Shown: positions 14,766 to 24,703, counted from the first letter of the stretch. The stretch: DNA of 32,593 nucleotides from Planctomycetota bacterium (GCA_003670825.1 QWQL01000120.1:1-32593), one strand, 5' to 3'. Notes: generated from the sequence alone by a model not told the origin. A program made the numbers and translations.

Positions 14766-15560
14766 ATGGCAGCCTCCCAGATCCGGCTGGTCGCCTTCGA
14801 TCTCGCCGGCACGACGATCGATTTCGGCTCTCGGGCGCCAGCTGGCGTGTTCGTGGAGCTCTTCGCCCGCCACGGCGTGACGGTGTCCGAGGCGGAGGCC
14901 CGGGGGCCGATGGGCACCGCGAAGCGCGACCACATCGCAGCGCTGGCGGCGCTCCCCCGCGTCGCGGAGGCATGGCGGAAGGCGCATGCTGGCCGCTCGG
15001 CGGGGACAGCCGAGATCGACGAACTCTACGCGGAGTTCATCCCGCTGCAGCTCAAGTCGTTGCCTGCTTTCGGCGATCTGATCCCGGGGACCGTGGAGGC
15101 CGCCCAGGCCCTGCGAGCCGCGGGCATGCGAGTGGCGGTGACCACCGGCTACGACACGGCGATGACGAAGGTCGTGCTCGAGGCCGCTGGCCGCCAGGGA
15201 TTCGTGCCGGATGCGGCCATCTGCGCCAGCGACGTCGCCGCCGGACGACCCGCGCCGTGGATGCTCTTTCGGGCCATGGAGGCAACCAACGTCTGGCCCC
15301 CGGCGGCCGTGGTCGCGGTCGGAGACACGATCGCCGATGTCCAGGCGGGCCGCCATGCGGGCGCGTGGTCGGTCGGCGTGACGGCGACGGGGAATATGCT
15401 CGGTCTCTCGCGGCAGGAACACGACGCCCTCGCCCCCTCCGAGCGGACCGCTCGACTCGCCACCGCGCGGGAGGCGATGCTTGCGGCTGGAGCGCACGTG
15501 GTGGTGGAGAGCGTGGCGGATGTACCCCGCCTGCTGTCGACCCTCGCGGGAACCCCCTGA
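14766..15560 (+). CDS. phnX: phosphonoacetaldehyde hydrolase (phosphonatase), HAD superfamily
   Basis: Alignable by eye along its whole length to Bacillus cereus PhnX as I recall it: VAFDLAGTTIDFGSRAP (Asp12 nucleophile), EARGPMGTAKRDHI (Lys53, codon 14922..14924), TTGYDTAM, GRPAPWM, VGDTIADVQAGRHAGAWSVGV, GAHVVVESVADVP. Confidence 0.85.
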   Translation: MAASQIRLVAFDLAGTTIDFGSRAPAGVFVELFARHGVTVSEAEARGPMGTAKRDHIAALAALPRVAEAWRKAHAGRSAGTAEIDELYAEFIPLQLKSLPAFGDLIPGTVEAAQALRAAGMRVAVTTGYDTAMTKVVLEAAGRQGFVPDAAICASDVAAGRPAPWMLFRAMEATNVWPPAAVVAVGDTIADVQAGRHAGAWSVGVTATGNMLGLSRQEHDALAPSERTARLATAREAMLAAGAHVVVESVADVPRLLSTLAGTP

Positions 15561-15588
15561 CCGAGCCGGCGACGCCGCCGCTGCCGTA

Positions 15589-15613
15589 CCGGCCTGATCC
15601 CCGGGATGGCCGG
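15589..15613 (+). terminator. possible stem-loop downstream of phnX
   Basis: ccggcc-tg-atc[cccgg]gat-ggccgg: 9 bp with a 2-nt bulge, about 30 nt after the phnX stop. There is no U-tract, so it is weak. Confidence 0.25.
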
Positions 15614-15723
15614 CCGAAGCAGGTGCCGACGGACCGGTGTCGAGGGGGGGTTTTGAGGGTATGATGAGGGTGGTGTTTCGGCCCTGACCCCTGTGCAGCG
15701 TCACCCTCGGCCGAGTGGATGCC

Positions 15724-18700
15724 ATGAGTCGATTACGGTGTCGCCCCTCGGTCGGGATCGCGTTCCTCCTGGTGGGATTCGAGGCCGCGGCGGCCGCGGC
15801 GGACTTTCAGCACGACGTGCGGCCGATCCTCGCGGAGCATTGCGGCCACTGCCACGGCCCGGATGAGGCGGCGCGTCAGGGTGGCCTTCGCCTCGACGAC
15901 CGGAGCGCGGCACTTGCCGGCGGTGATTCGGGGAGCCCGGCGATCATGCCCCAGGATCCCGGGCGGAGCGAACTGATCCGGCGCGTCACTTCGACCGACG
16001 AGAACGTCGTCATGCCGCCGCCAGACGCGAAGAAACCTCTCTCCCCGGAGCAAATCCGGACGCTGGAGGCCTGGATCGCCGCCGGGGCCGAGTATTCGTC
16101 CCATTGGGTATTCGTGCCTCCCCGCGCCCCGACTCCAACGGGCGACGCCCCCCATCCGATCGACGCGTTCGTGCGGAATCGCCTCGAGGGCAGCGGACTG
16201 GAGCCCGCACCGCCGGCCGATGCAGCCACGCTCTGCCGACGACTCCATCTCGACCTCGTCGGGTTGCCTCCGTCGCCCGACGACCTCACCAGCTTCGCCC
16301 GCGATGGCTGCGAGGAGACCGTCGACCGTCTTCTCGCCAGCGAGGCATACGGCGAACACTGGGCGCGGCCCTGGCTCGATCTGGCCCGCTATTCCGATAC
16401 CAACGGCTACGAGAAGGACCTGAAGCGGGAGATGTGGGCCTGGCGCGATTGGGTGATCGCAGCACTCAATCGCGACCTTCCCTACGACACGTTCGTGATC
16501 CAACAAATCGCTGGCGACCTACTGCCGTCCCCGACGCAGGATCAGATCGTCGCCACCGGCTTTCTCCGCAACAGCATGCTCAACGAGGAAGGAGCGATCA
16601 TTCCCGAGGAGTTTCGGATGGTCGAGATGTTTGACCGCATGGACTGTCTCGGCAGGGCGGTGCTGGGGCTCTCCACCCAGTGCGCGCAGTGCCACTCCCA
16701 CAAGTTCGATCCGCTCAGCCAAGACGAGTACTACGGGATGGTCGCCTTTCTCAACAACTCGTACGAGGCAAAGTCGTTCGTCTACGAACCTGCTCAACTG
16801 GATGAGCTGGCCACCATTCGGCGTGAGGTGACGGCGGCGGAATCGGGAATTCGCGAGCTCCGGCCCGGGTGGGAGGACGAGCTCGCGACCTGGGAACGCG
16901 GCGTCGTCGCGGCGCTCCCGTCGTGGACACCCGTCGTGATGGACGAGATGCACAGCGCCGGACTGCTGACACACCCCACCCACGTCGAGAATGCGGCGAT
17001 CCTGATGCTCGGCCATCGCGATCAGTCGATGATCTTCGAGTCGGTGCCCGCTCTCCGCGGGGCGACCGGGATCCAGGTCGAAGCCCTGTGTCACGGCGAT
17101 CTCCTCATGGGCGGCCCGGGCCGCGATGGCTCCTGGGCGTTGTCCGATCTGAAGGTCGAGGTGCGTCGCCCCGGAAGCGACACCTGGGAAGCCGTGAAAC
17201 TCGTGCATCCCAGCGCCGACTTCGAAAGCCCCGAACACACCGCACCGAAGCCGAACGCGAAAGATGCGCGGCTCACCCTGGGGCCGGTCGCGGCACTGAC
17301 CGACGAGTCGGGCGACACCGCCTGGGAGGCCGATCGCGGCGAACTGCTCCGCCACCAACCGGCGGCGGCCGTGGTACAGTTCGAGAAGCCGCTCGACCTG
17401 CCGACGGGCACCCGGCTGCGGGTGTCGCTCCAAAACCTCAACCTGAGGCCCGACTTCAATCACGAAAACACGGCCGTGCTCGGCTGCTGCCGGATCAGTC
17501 TGACGAAGGCCCCGGCACCCGTGGCACCGGCGGTCGATCATGCGGCGGTGCTCGCCATGCGTACCCCGCCGGCCCAACGCACACCGGCCGACAAGGCGGC
17601 GCTGTTCACCGCGTGGCGACGCACGGTCCCGGAACTCGCGTCCGTGAATGCCGAAATCGCGGCTCTCTGGGGCCGCGTGCCCCGCCATCTCACCACGGTC
17701 ATGCATCTGGCCGAACGGCCGCCGGAGATGCGGCGGGTGACGCGGTTCCTCGATCGCGGTGGCTGGAATCAGCCGCGGCACGAGGTGACGCCCCGCGTCC
17801 CGGCGGCGCTCCACGCGTTTCCAGCCGATGCGCCGCTCAATCGGCTCGGCTTTGCCCGTTGGCTCGTGGCCCACGACTCGCCGCTGGCCGCCCGGGTGGC
17901 GGTCAATCGAATCTGGCAGGCAATGTTCGGAGCGGGGCTCGTGGAGACCCCCGACGATTTCGGGACCCGTGCACCGACGCCCGAGCACCGCGATGTACTT
18001 GATTGGCTGGCCGTCGACTTCGTGAACAGCGGCTGGAGTCAGAAACGACTGATCCGCACGATCGTCATGAGTCAGACCTATCAGCAATCGTCGCGAGTTT
18101 CCGCGGAGGCGCTGGCCCGCGACCCGCTCAACCGGCTCCTGGCCCGCGGCCCACGCGGCCGCGTCGATGCCGAAGTGGTCCGTGACGTAACACTGTCGGC
18201 AGCGGGCCTGCTCACCAACCACCTCGGTGGTCCCGGCGTGATTCCACCCGTGCCGCAGAACGTGCTCGACTACAACTTCTTCTACCCGGACTATTGGCGA
18301 CCGGCCGCCGGTGCCGATCGCTACCGTCGCGGCGTGTACCTGTTCCGCAAACGGTCGATGCCCGACCCGGTGCTCACGAGCTTCGACGCCCCGAACGGGG
18401 ATATTTCCTGTGCCCGTCGCCCGCGTTCGAACACGCCGCTGGCCGCGCTGACTTCGTGGAATGAACCCGTGTTCGTCGAGGCCGCCAGGGCCTTGGCAAT
18501 CCGCCTGCTCCGCGAAGCCGGTCCCGACGACGCCAGCCGCGCCCGGCTCGGCTTCGTGCTCTGCACGTCACGCGAGCCCACGGCCGCAGAAACCGCCGCT
18601 CTTGCGGACTTCGTGCGGATGCAGCGACAGCGACTCGCGGACGGCTGGCTGAGCACACAGGTCGTGGCCTCGGGGGGCGGTGAATCGCTGCCACCGCTCC

Positions 18701-18789
18701 CGCCCGGCGTCACCCCCCAGGACGCCGCGGCATGGGTGCTCGCCTCCCGCGTGCTGCTGAACCTCGACGAGACTCTCACCAAGAACTGA
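15724..18789 (+). CDS. PSCyt1/DUF1549/DUF1553 (PSD1) planctomycete cytochrome-c-motif protein
   Basis: ATG 15724 (the track ORF starts at GTG 15715). Signal peptide MSRLRCRPSVGIAFLLVGFEAAAAAA. DVRPILAEHCGHCHGPDEAARQGGLRLDD (CxxCH, 15841..15855). DLVGLPPSPDD...WLDLARYSDTNGYEKD (DUF1549). LSTQCAQCHSHKFDP (16681..16695) and a long DUF1553-type C-terminus. Confidence 0.9.
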   Translation: MSRLRCRPSVGIAFLLVGFEAAAAAADFQHDVRPILAEHCGHCHGPDEAARQGGLRLDDRSAALAGGDSGSPAIMPQDPGRSELIRRVTSTDENVVMPPPDAKKPLSPEQIRTLEAWIAAGAEYSSHWVFVPPRAPTPTGDAPHPIDAFVRNRLEGSGLEPAPPADAATLCRRLHLDLVGLPPSPDDLTSFARDGCEETVDRLLASEAYGEHWARPWLDLARYSDTNGYEKDLKREMWAWRDWVIAALNRDLPYDTFVIQQIAGDLLPSPTQDQIVATGFLRNSMLNEEGAIIPEEFRMVEMFDRMDCLGRAVLGLSTQCAQCHSHKFDPLSQDEYYGMVAFLNNSYEAKSFVYEPAQLDELATIRREVTAAESGIRELRPGWEDELATWERGVVAALPSWTPVVMDEMHSAGLLTHPTHVENAAILMLGHRDQSMIFESVPALRGATGIQVEALCHGDLLMGGPGRDGSWALSDLKVEVRRPGSDTWEAVKLVHPSADFESPEHTAPKPNAKDARLTLGPVAALTDESGDTAWEADRGELLRHQPAAAVVQFEKPLDLPTGTRLRVSLQNLNLRPDFNHENTAVLGCCRISLTKAPAPVAPAVDHAAVLAMRTPPAQRTPADKAALFTAWRRTVPELASVNAEIAALWGRVPRHLTTVMHLAERPPEMRRVTRFLDRGGWNQPRHEVTPRVPAALHAFPADAPLNRLGFARWLVAHDSPLAARVAVNRIWQAMFGAGLVETPDDFGTRAPTPEHRDVLDWLAVDFVNSGWSQKRLIRTIVMSQTYQQSSRVSAEALARDPLNRLLARGPRGRVDAEVVRDVTLSAAGLLTNHLGGPGVIPPVPQNVLDYNFFYPDYWRPAAGADRYRRGVYLFRKRSMPDPVLTSFDAPNGDISCARRPRSNTPLAALTSWNEPVFVEAARALAIRLLREAGPDDASRARLGFVLCTSREPTAAETAALADFVRMQRQRLADGWLSTQVVASGGGESLPPLPPGVTPQDAAAWVLASRVLLNLDETLTKN

Positions 18790-18798
18790 GGCCCCGAG

Positions 18799-20226
18799 AT
18801 GCCGCTCCCAGTACCTCCCTCCATCGTGCAGGCCGCCCGCGCCCAGGCACTGTCGCGCCGCTGGTTCTTCGGCGGCTGCGGCCTGGGACTGGCGGGCATC
18901 GCCGCCCGTTCCCTGCTCGCCGAAGAGCGGCTCGCGCCGGATCCGCTTGCACCCCGGCGTCCGCATTTCTCCCCACGGGCACGGCGGGTGGTCTACATGT
19001 TCCAGGCAGGGGCGCCGAGCCAGCTCGAACTCTTCGATCACAAGCCGGAGCTCGCCAAACGCGACGGCACACTGCCGCCTCCGGATCTCCTTGCCGGCTA
19101 CCGCGCCGCGTTCATCAATCCCAACTCGGCCCTGCTGGGCCCGAAGTACTCGTTTCACCGATTCGGACAGTCCTCCATGGAGCTGAGCGAGCTCCTGCCT
19201 GCACTCGGCGGAGTCGCCGATGACATCTGTCTCATCCGCTCACTCCAGACCGATGCCGTCAACCACGCCCCGGCCCAGATCATGATGAACACCGGTTCGC
19301 AGCAGTTCGGCCGGCCGAGTTTCGGTGCCTGGACGCTCTATGGTCTGGGTAGCGAGACCCGGGATCTGCCGGGATTCGTCGTGCTGACGAGTGCCAAGGG
19401 CACCAGCGGCGGCGCCAGCAACTACGGCGCCGGCTTCCTGCCGACGGCCTACGGAGGCGTTCCGCTCCGCTCGGGAGGCGATCCCCTGCTCTACCTGTCG
19501 AACCCCAAGGGCATCGACGCCCAGGCGCAGCGTTCCTCGCTGGACACGCTCAACCACCTCAATCGGCTGGCGCTCGATGCGGTGGGAGACCCGGAGATCG
19601 CCGCCCGCATTCACTCCTACGAGATGGCCTATCGACTGCAGACGAGTGCACCCGAACTGCTCGACCTGAGCAGCGAGCCGCGGCACGTGCTGTCGCGATA
19701 TGGCATCGACGATCCCAATCGGCCCGGTTACGCCCGAAACTGCCTACTCGCCCGCCGACTGCTCGAGCGCGGCGTTCGATTCGTTCAACTCTTCCACGAG
19801 GCGTGGGACCAGCACCACAACCTCGCCAAGGACGTGAAAAAGAACAGCGGCGAGACCGATCGGGCTTCGGCGGCTCTCGTGGCCGACCTCAAGGAGCGTG
19901 GCCTGCTCGATGACACGCTCGTGGTGTGGGGGGGCGAATTCGGGCGAACCCCGATGGTCCAGGGGGGAAAGGATGGCCGCGACCACCATAACCGCGCGTT
20001 TTCCATCTGGCTCGCCGGCGGGGGAATCCGAGCAGGGCACGTCCATGGATCCACCGATGACTTTGGCTTCAATGTGGTCGCCGACCCCGTTCATGTGCAC
20101 GACCTCAACGCCACTCTCCTTCATCTGCTCGGCTTCGATCACACCAAGCTCACCCATCGTGTCCAGGGTCGGGACTACCGGCTCACGGACGTGCACGGTA
20201 CCGTGATGCATGGCATCCTCGCCTGA
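18799..20226 (+). CDS. DUF1501 (sulfatase/alkaline-phosphatase-fold) protein with Tat-like signal
   Basis: [36 protein letters not shown]...[22 protein letters not shown]...FVVLTS...GGEFGRTPM...[17 protein letters not shown]...[15 protein letters not shown]. It starts 9 nt after the DUF1553 gene. Confidence 0.9.
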   Translation: MPLPVPPSIVQAARAQALSRRWFFGGCGLGLAGIAARSLLAEERLAPDPLAPRRPHFSPRARRVVYMFQAGAPSQLELFDHKPELAKRDGTLPPPDLLAGYRAAFINPNSALLGPKYSFHRFGQSSMELSELLPALGGVADDICLIRSLQTDAVNHAPAQIMMNTGSQQFGRPSFGAWTLYGLGSETRDLPGFVVLTSAKGTSGGASNYGAGFLPTAYGGVPLRSGGDPLLYLSNPKGIDAQAQRSSLDTLNHLNRLALDAVGDPEIAARIHSYEMAYRLQTSAPELLDLSSEPRHVLSRYGIDDPNRPGYARNCLLARRLLERGVRFVQLFHEAWDQHHNLAKDVKKNSGETDRASAALVADLKERGLLDDTLVVWGGEFGRTPMVQGGKDGRDHHNRAFSIWLAGGGIRAGHVHGSTDDFGFNVVADPVHVHDLNATLLHLLGFDHTKLTHRVQGRDYRLTDVHGTVMHGILA

Positions 20227-20251
20227 CGCAGTTCCCGGATCCTCTCCCGGC

Positions 20252-20267
20252 GTCCACGCGCGTGGAC
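20252..20267. promoter_or_regulatory. perfect 16-bp palindrome GTCCACGCGCGTGGAC between DUF1501 and the next Gfo/Idh/MocA gene
   Basis: Read directly. It lies 26 nt after the DUF1501 stop and about 130 nt before ATG 20398. It could be an operator or a short terminator hairpin (6-bp stem, GCGC loop, no U-tract). Confidence 0.3.
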
Positions 20268-20397
20268 CGACGAAGACCGGATCGTGTTCTTGGGACAGGG
20301 CAGCGAGCGCGGTAGAGTCCGGCTTTCAGCAGGAGGATCACCCGTGACGACGATCGACAGACCAGGCGCAACGCGATCCCATGATCGAATCCCGGAG

Positions 20398-21690
20398 ATG
20401 ACTCGGCGCGGAGCCCTGCGCCGGCTTGCAGGCCATTCGGCAGCGGCGGCGGTCTTTCCCACGATCGTGCCCTCACGGGCTCTAGGCCTCGACGGCGCCG
20501 TGCCGCCGAGCGAACGGATCACACTCGGCGTGATCGGGATCGGCCCGCGGTGCACCTACGTCCTCACACCAGTACTCGCCTTCACCGACGTCCACTGCTT
20601 GGCGATCGCCGACGTGCAGTCCACGAGGCGCGCGAGTGGCAAGGCTCTCGTCGACGGGCAGGCGGGCGGAGGCGACTGCGCCGTCTACCGCGACTTTCGT
20701 CAATTACTCGATCGGCCCGACCTCGATGCGGTCTTGATCGCGACCGGCGACCGCTGGCATGCGCAAGCCGCGATCCTCGCGGCCGAGGCGGGCAAGGACG
20801 TCTATTGCGAGAAGCCCTGCGGCATCACGATGCGCGACTGCCAGGAGGTCGCCGAAACCTTCCGCCGCACGGAAAGGATCTTCCAGGCCGGCACGCAGCG
20901 GCGGAGCGTGCCGCTGGTGCAGTACGCCGTGCGGCTTGCCCGCGAGGGTGTTCTCGGCACACTCCATACCCTGCGCGCGTCGGTCTACGAGCCCAGGCTG
21001 GAAAACGCCTGGCTGGCAGCCGAGCGCACCCCGCCACCGGAGACGTGCGACTGGAACCTGTGGCTCGGTCCCGCGCCGTGGCGGCCGTACAACGCCCAGT
21101 ACGTCGCCGGCAAGTGGCGCGGCCAGTTCGACTTCGATTCCGGTGCGAAGCTGCTCGACTGGGGCGCTCATACGCTCGACCTCTGCCAGTGGGCCAACGA
21201 TGCCGACGGCACCCTGCCACTCGAATACGAGCCCGGACCGGCCGGGATCTCGTGCCGGTACGCCAATGGGGTCACGGCCGTGCTGCAGTACGTCAAGAAC
21301 CCCTTCGGCGATCGCGGCCCAGACTGGAACACGGCGCTGGGCACCTGCCCCGTCCGATTCGAGGGCAGCGCCGGATCCGTCGAGGTCGGCGACAAGGGCA
21401 TCGAGGTCAAGCCGGAGGGCCTGCGAACTGACGTGCCGGACCAGACGAAGCCGATGCACGGCATCGACGCATCGCTCCACGCCCGCAACTTCTTCGACTC
21501 CGTGCGGTCGAGAAAGGCCCCGATCTGCAATGCCGACGTCATGCGACGGTCTCACGTCGCATGCCACGCGGCAGCCATCGCCTGGATTCTTGGCCGCACC
21601 GTAGTGATCGACCCGGCCACCGAAACCTTCGTGAACGACGACGAGGCCAATCGCCTACGAACCAGGCCGGCCCGCGACTGGCGGTCCTGA
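20398..21690 (+). CDS. Tat-signal Gfo/Idh/MocA family oxidoreductase (paralog 2)
   Basis: MTRRGALRRLAGHSAAAAVFPTIV...ITLGVIGIGPRC...VLIATGDRWHAQAAILAAEAGKDVYCEKP...DWNLWLGPAPWRPYN. An alternative start is GTG 20344, preceded by AGGAGG with a 7-nt spacer. Confidence 0.85.
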   Translation: MTRRGALRRLAGHSAAAAVFPTIVPSRALGLDGAVPPSERITLGVIGIGPRCTYVLTPVLAFTDVHCLAIADVQSTRRASGKALVDGQAGGGDCAVYRDFRQLLDRPDLDAVLIATGDRWHAQAAILAAEAGKDVYCEKPCGITMRDCQEVAETFRRTERIFQAGTQRRSVPLVQYAVRLAREGVLGTLHTLRASVYEPRLENAWLAAERTPPPETCDWNLWLGPAPWRPYNAQYVAGKWRGQFDFDSGAKLLDWGAHTLDLCQWANDADGTLPLEYEPGPAGISCRYANGVTAVLQYVKNPFGDRGPDWNTALGTCPVRFEGSAGSVEVGDKGIEVKPEGLRTDVPDQTKPMHGIDASLHARNFFDSVRSRKAPICNADVMRRSHVACHAAAIAWILGRTVVIDPATETFVNDDEANRLRTRPARDWRS

Positions 21691-21720
21691 CGTCGGCCGG
21701 CCCCGCGACGAACCGGAGGC

Positions 21721-23163
21721 CTATTCGTCGTATTGCTTGATCACAGGCCAATCATCCGTTCGGAAAGTGGATGCCGGCACACCGTCCTTGTTCCAGAGAT
21801 TGACCACCGGGAAGTTCGCCCAGCCATAGCGGACTGACTTCGGATTCGGCACCGCATCGCACGTCACGATGACTTTGGAGCTGTCGATCATGGCTGTCGC
21901 CGGATGAAACTGCCGATCGTCACCCGCGACCGTAAAGCCCTTCAGGTCACCATCGCGCGCTTCGAGTCCGGAGCCGATGTTTCGAAACGACACCACTGCC
22001 CGACCCGCGTCGAAGGCCACGGCATCGAACTCGGGGCCGGCCGGTACGATCTTTTCACCATAGGCCCAGGCTCGAGCTGCCCGAGCGAGCCGTTCGCCGA
22101 CCGGCACCTTCCTCGGGGGATGGATGTCTTTCTCGTCGCCGACGTCGGTGATCGACACCGTGTCGACGGCGGGCATGTTGGAGGCAACCCATTGCATAGA
22201 TTCACGGACCACCGCCCATTCCTGGTCGACTGGCTCCGCGACGATCTTCGTATATGGCGCCAACTCCACGATGAAAAACGGGAAGTCACCCTGCCCGAAG
22301 GTCTCCCGCCAACTCTTCACGACGCTGGCCAGCACATGTCGGTAGTGGTGCGGCCGATCGGCGTTCGATTCCCCCTGGTACCAGATGGCCCCCCTGACGC
22401 CGAAGGTTGCCAGAGGCGCGATCATGGCGTTGTAGAGGTCGTTGCGGCCCTGCGGCGTCTTCATGCCCGCGAGTTCCCGCGAATCTTCGAAGGCCTGTTT
22501 GCTCATCCACCGCTCGGCCGTGGTGCCCCCCACGTTGCTGCTGATCAGCCCCACCGGGACATCGATCGCGGTCTGCAGGTCGCGGCCGAAGTAGTAGCCC
22601 ACGGCGGAGAACGTCCGCACCGTGTCCGGCTTCGCCTCGGCCCACGCCCCAGACACGTCGCTCCGCTTTTCAGGCGAGCCGCCGCGGGCGACGGTGAACA
22701 GCCGAATCCGGGCGTTGTCGGCCGTCTCGAGCGTTTCCTTGGCACCGGCGCACTGATGAACCTCCCACTGCATGTTCGACTGCCCGCCGCACAGCCACAC
22801 ATCCCCGACGACCACGTTCGTCCGCTTCACCGTCTGCTCACCCTGCGTGACGACCAGGTCCCTGCCCTCGGCACTGGCTGCCAGCGGGGCCAGTTCGGCC
22901 CGCCAGGCACGGGGCTTGTTCCCCAAGACGGCTTCGCAGGTGGGGCAATGCTCCGCCACCGGGTTTGCCGTGACCGACTGCCCGGCGAAACTGACGGTGA
23001 CAGGACCGGCTTCGTCGGTGGTGCCGCAGACGGCCACCTTGCGGTCGCGCTGCAGAATCCCGTTGTCGGTGAACAGACCGTGAAGCTTCAGATCGGCACT
23101 GGCCGTGAGCGCGGGTAGAAGGGTGGCCAGCAGTGTGGCTACGGAGCATACGCGGTTGATCAT
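21721..23163 (-). CDS. secreted sialate O-acetylesterase-like SGNH hydrolase (SASA/DUF303 family)
   Basis: Signal peptide MINRVCSVATLLATLLPALTASA. VVVGDVWLCGGQSNMQWEV (GQSNM Ser motif). GAIWYQGESN. C-terminal ...VRYGWANFPVVNLWNKDGVPASTFRTD, typical of this family. Confidence 0.85.
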   Translation of the reverse strand: MINRVCSVATLLATLLPALTASADLKLHGLFTDNGILQRDRKVAVCGTTDEAGPVTVSFAGQSVTANPVAEHCPTCEAVLGNKPRAWRAELAPLAASAEGRDLVVTQGEQTVKRTNVVVGDVWLCGGQSNMQWEVHQCAGAKETLETADNARIRLFTVARGGSPEKRSDVSGAWAEAKPDTVRTFSAVGYYFGRDLQTAIDVPVGLISSNVGGTTAERWMSKQAFEDSRELAGMKTPQGRNDLYNAMIAPLATFGVRGAIWYQGESNADRPHHYRHVLASVVKSWRETFGQGDFPFFIVELAPYTKIVAEPVDQEWAVVRESMQWVASNMPAVDTVSITDVGDEKDIHPPRKVPVGERLARAARAWAYGEKIVPAGPEFDAVAFDAGRAVVSFRNIGSGLEARDGDLKGFTVAGDDRQFHPATAMIDSSKVIVTCDAVPNPKSVRYGWANFPVVNLWNKDGVPASTFRTDDWPVIKQYDE

Positions 23164-23224
23164 CTGAAGACTCCGGAGGGGACAGAAGGCTCGACGTGGG
23201 CGGAAGGAACGGCGGACCGGAAGG

Positions 23225-24646
23225 TCAGGTCTTCTTGTTGCGGTCCCAGGTCTGACCCGCCTTGTAGCGAGTGGCGCGCTCGACGAGTTCCTCGTTCTTG
23301 GTGATCCCCAGGACCTTGTCGAGGGCCGTCGTAAACTCGGCTTTGTTGTCGTCCCGCAGTTTCTGATGATGGGCCAACTCCACGACGCTCAGGCACGCGG
23401 GCTCCGCGAGTTCCGGCTGGTCGAGGAATGGCACGACGAACCGGAGCGTCTCGATCGTACGGATCGCGTTTGCCCGCTCGATCAACTTGGCCTTGTCCTC
23501 TTTCCGCTGGCAGAGGCCCATGGTCCGCTTGACGAGCTCGAGCTTCTGGGAATCGTTGAGTTTGTTGTCGGGCAGCGGTGAGATCCGAATGAGAGCCCCC
23601 AGCAGAAGTCCCTTCTCGCGCTCGTCCGTCGCCTCGGAGAGCAGCCCCAGCAGGCGATCCGCCACCGTCGCATCAGGCCACTTGGCGAGTGCCTCGAGCC
23701 CCCTGCGCCGCTGGGTCGGGTCAGCGATCATGCCGTCGAGGACCCGCATCGTCTGCGGATCTCCCAGGCGCGCGAGGAGCGGCAACAAGGCGTCGCGTGC
23801 GTCGTCGTCGGCGGCGGTGAATCGAGCGAGGAGCAAGGGTGTGGCCCGTTCCTTGCCGGGGTTTGCACTGCAGACACTCACGACCGCCTGTTCCAAAGCC
23901 TTACGATCATCACCGGACGACTTCAGAAACTCGTCGACGAGGACGTTCAGTTCGTCCGGTCCGCCGAGCCGCGTGAGCCCACGGATCGCCGCCTGACGCA
24001 CGCCCCCGTCGGCATCACCGATCGCCATGAGCAGGCCTGGCATGGCAGCCCGCTCGCGTCGATCCGTCAAGGCGTCCAACAGGAGGGCTCGCGCACCGGG
24101 ATCGGCAGTTCCAGCCGCCTCGACAATCGCACGTGCCACACCATCCCCACGGATCTCGACAAGCGCCTTCCGAGCCGTCGCCTTGACTGGCTCGACAGCC
24201 AGCGCTTTCACGAGTACCGGTACCTCTGCCGCACCTCCCAAATTGGCGAGAGCCTTCACGGCCGAGCCGCGGACCGTGGAATCGGTCGCCGCTTCCGCGA
24301 GTCGCCTGACGGCAGGGACCGCGGCCGGATCGCCGCGACCGGCGAGCGCGGCCAGCAAGGCCACCTGGGTGTTGGGCGGCAGGGATGACAACAAATCGGC
24401 CGCCTGCCGCGTAAATGACTCCCCGTGGAGTCCCTCGCGAAGGCGATCGATGCCCACCGCCCTGAGGTCCGCGTCCTTCGAGCGGACGAGGTCGGAGACG
24501 TCGCTCCAGGCCCTCTGCGACGAGGCCGACGGGCGATCCTCGGCGACTCCCGACGAGCTGCCGCCGGCATGAGCCACCACCGTCAGGCACGTGAGGAAGG
24601 CCGCTCTGGCGAGCTGGCGCACTGCGAATGACTTGAGGCAAGACAT
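23225..24646 (-). CDS. secreted HEAT-repeat protein
   Basis: Signal peptide MSCLKSFAVRQLARAAFLTCLTVVAHAGG, then repeated units of the type D..VR..A..AL..LG...A.P.L...L (for example DSTVRGSAVKALANLGGAAEVPVLVKAL; DGGVRQAAIRGLTRLGGPDELNVLVDEF). Confidence 0.8.
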   Translation of the reverse strand: MSCLKSFAVRQLARAAFLTCLTVVAHAGGSSSGVAEDRPSASSQRAWSDVSDLVRSKDADLRAVGIDRLREGLHGESFTRQAADLLSSLPPNTQVALLAALAGRGDPAAVPAVRRLAEAATDSTVRGSAVKALANLGGAAEVPVLVKALAVEPVKATARKALVEIRGDGVARAIVEAAGTADPGARALLLDALTDRRERAAMPGLLMAIGDADGGVRQAAIRGLTRLGGPDELNVLVDEFLKSSGDDRKALEQAVVSVCSANPGKERATPLLLARFTAADDDARDALLPLLARLGDPQTMRVLDGMIADPTQRRRGLEALAKWPDATVADRLLGLLSEATDEREKGLLLGALIRISPLPDNKLNDSQKLELVKRTMGLCQRKEDKAKLIERANAIRTIETLRFVVPFLDQPELAEPACLSVVELAHHQKLRDDNKAEFTTALDKVLGITKNEELVERATRYKAGQTWDRNKKT

Positions 24647-24703
24647 ACTGCTGAGCCCTTTCTGGAATGATCTGACGAGGCGTGAAGGAGGGCGGCAAGC
24701 GGC

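Noticed and set aside
15660-15665. TATGAT -10-like hexamer upstream of the PSCyt gene
   Set aside because: There is no acceptable -35 element at 16..18 nt (GTGTCG), and planctomycete promoter rules are unknown. This is too weak to report as a feature.
13683-15725. 680-aa minus-strand ORF
   Set aside because: It is antisense to both the Gfo/Idh/MocA gene and phnX and spans their intergenic region. The composition is Arg-rich junk and it has no start context.
16519-18222. 567-aa minus-strand ORF
   Set aside because: It is antisense to the PSCyt/DUF1553 gene, with a low-complexity Arg/Gly/Pro-rich composition and no motifs. It is a high-GC shadow ORF.
21665-21709. Near-identical direct repeat GGCCGGCCCGCGAC / GGCCGGCCCCGCGAC flanking the Gfo stop codon, plus a 5-bp stem (cgtcg/cgacg, 21691..21710)
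   Set aside because: It is short, GC-only and easily explained by chance in this composition. The stem is too weak to call a bidirectional terminator with confidence.
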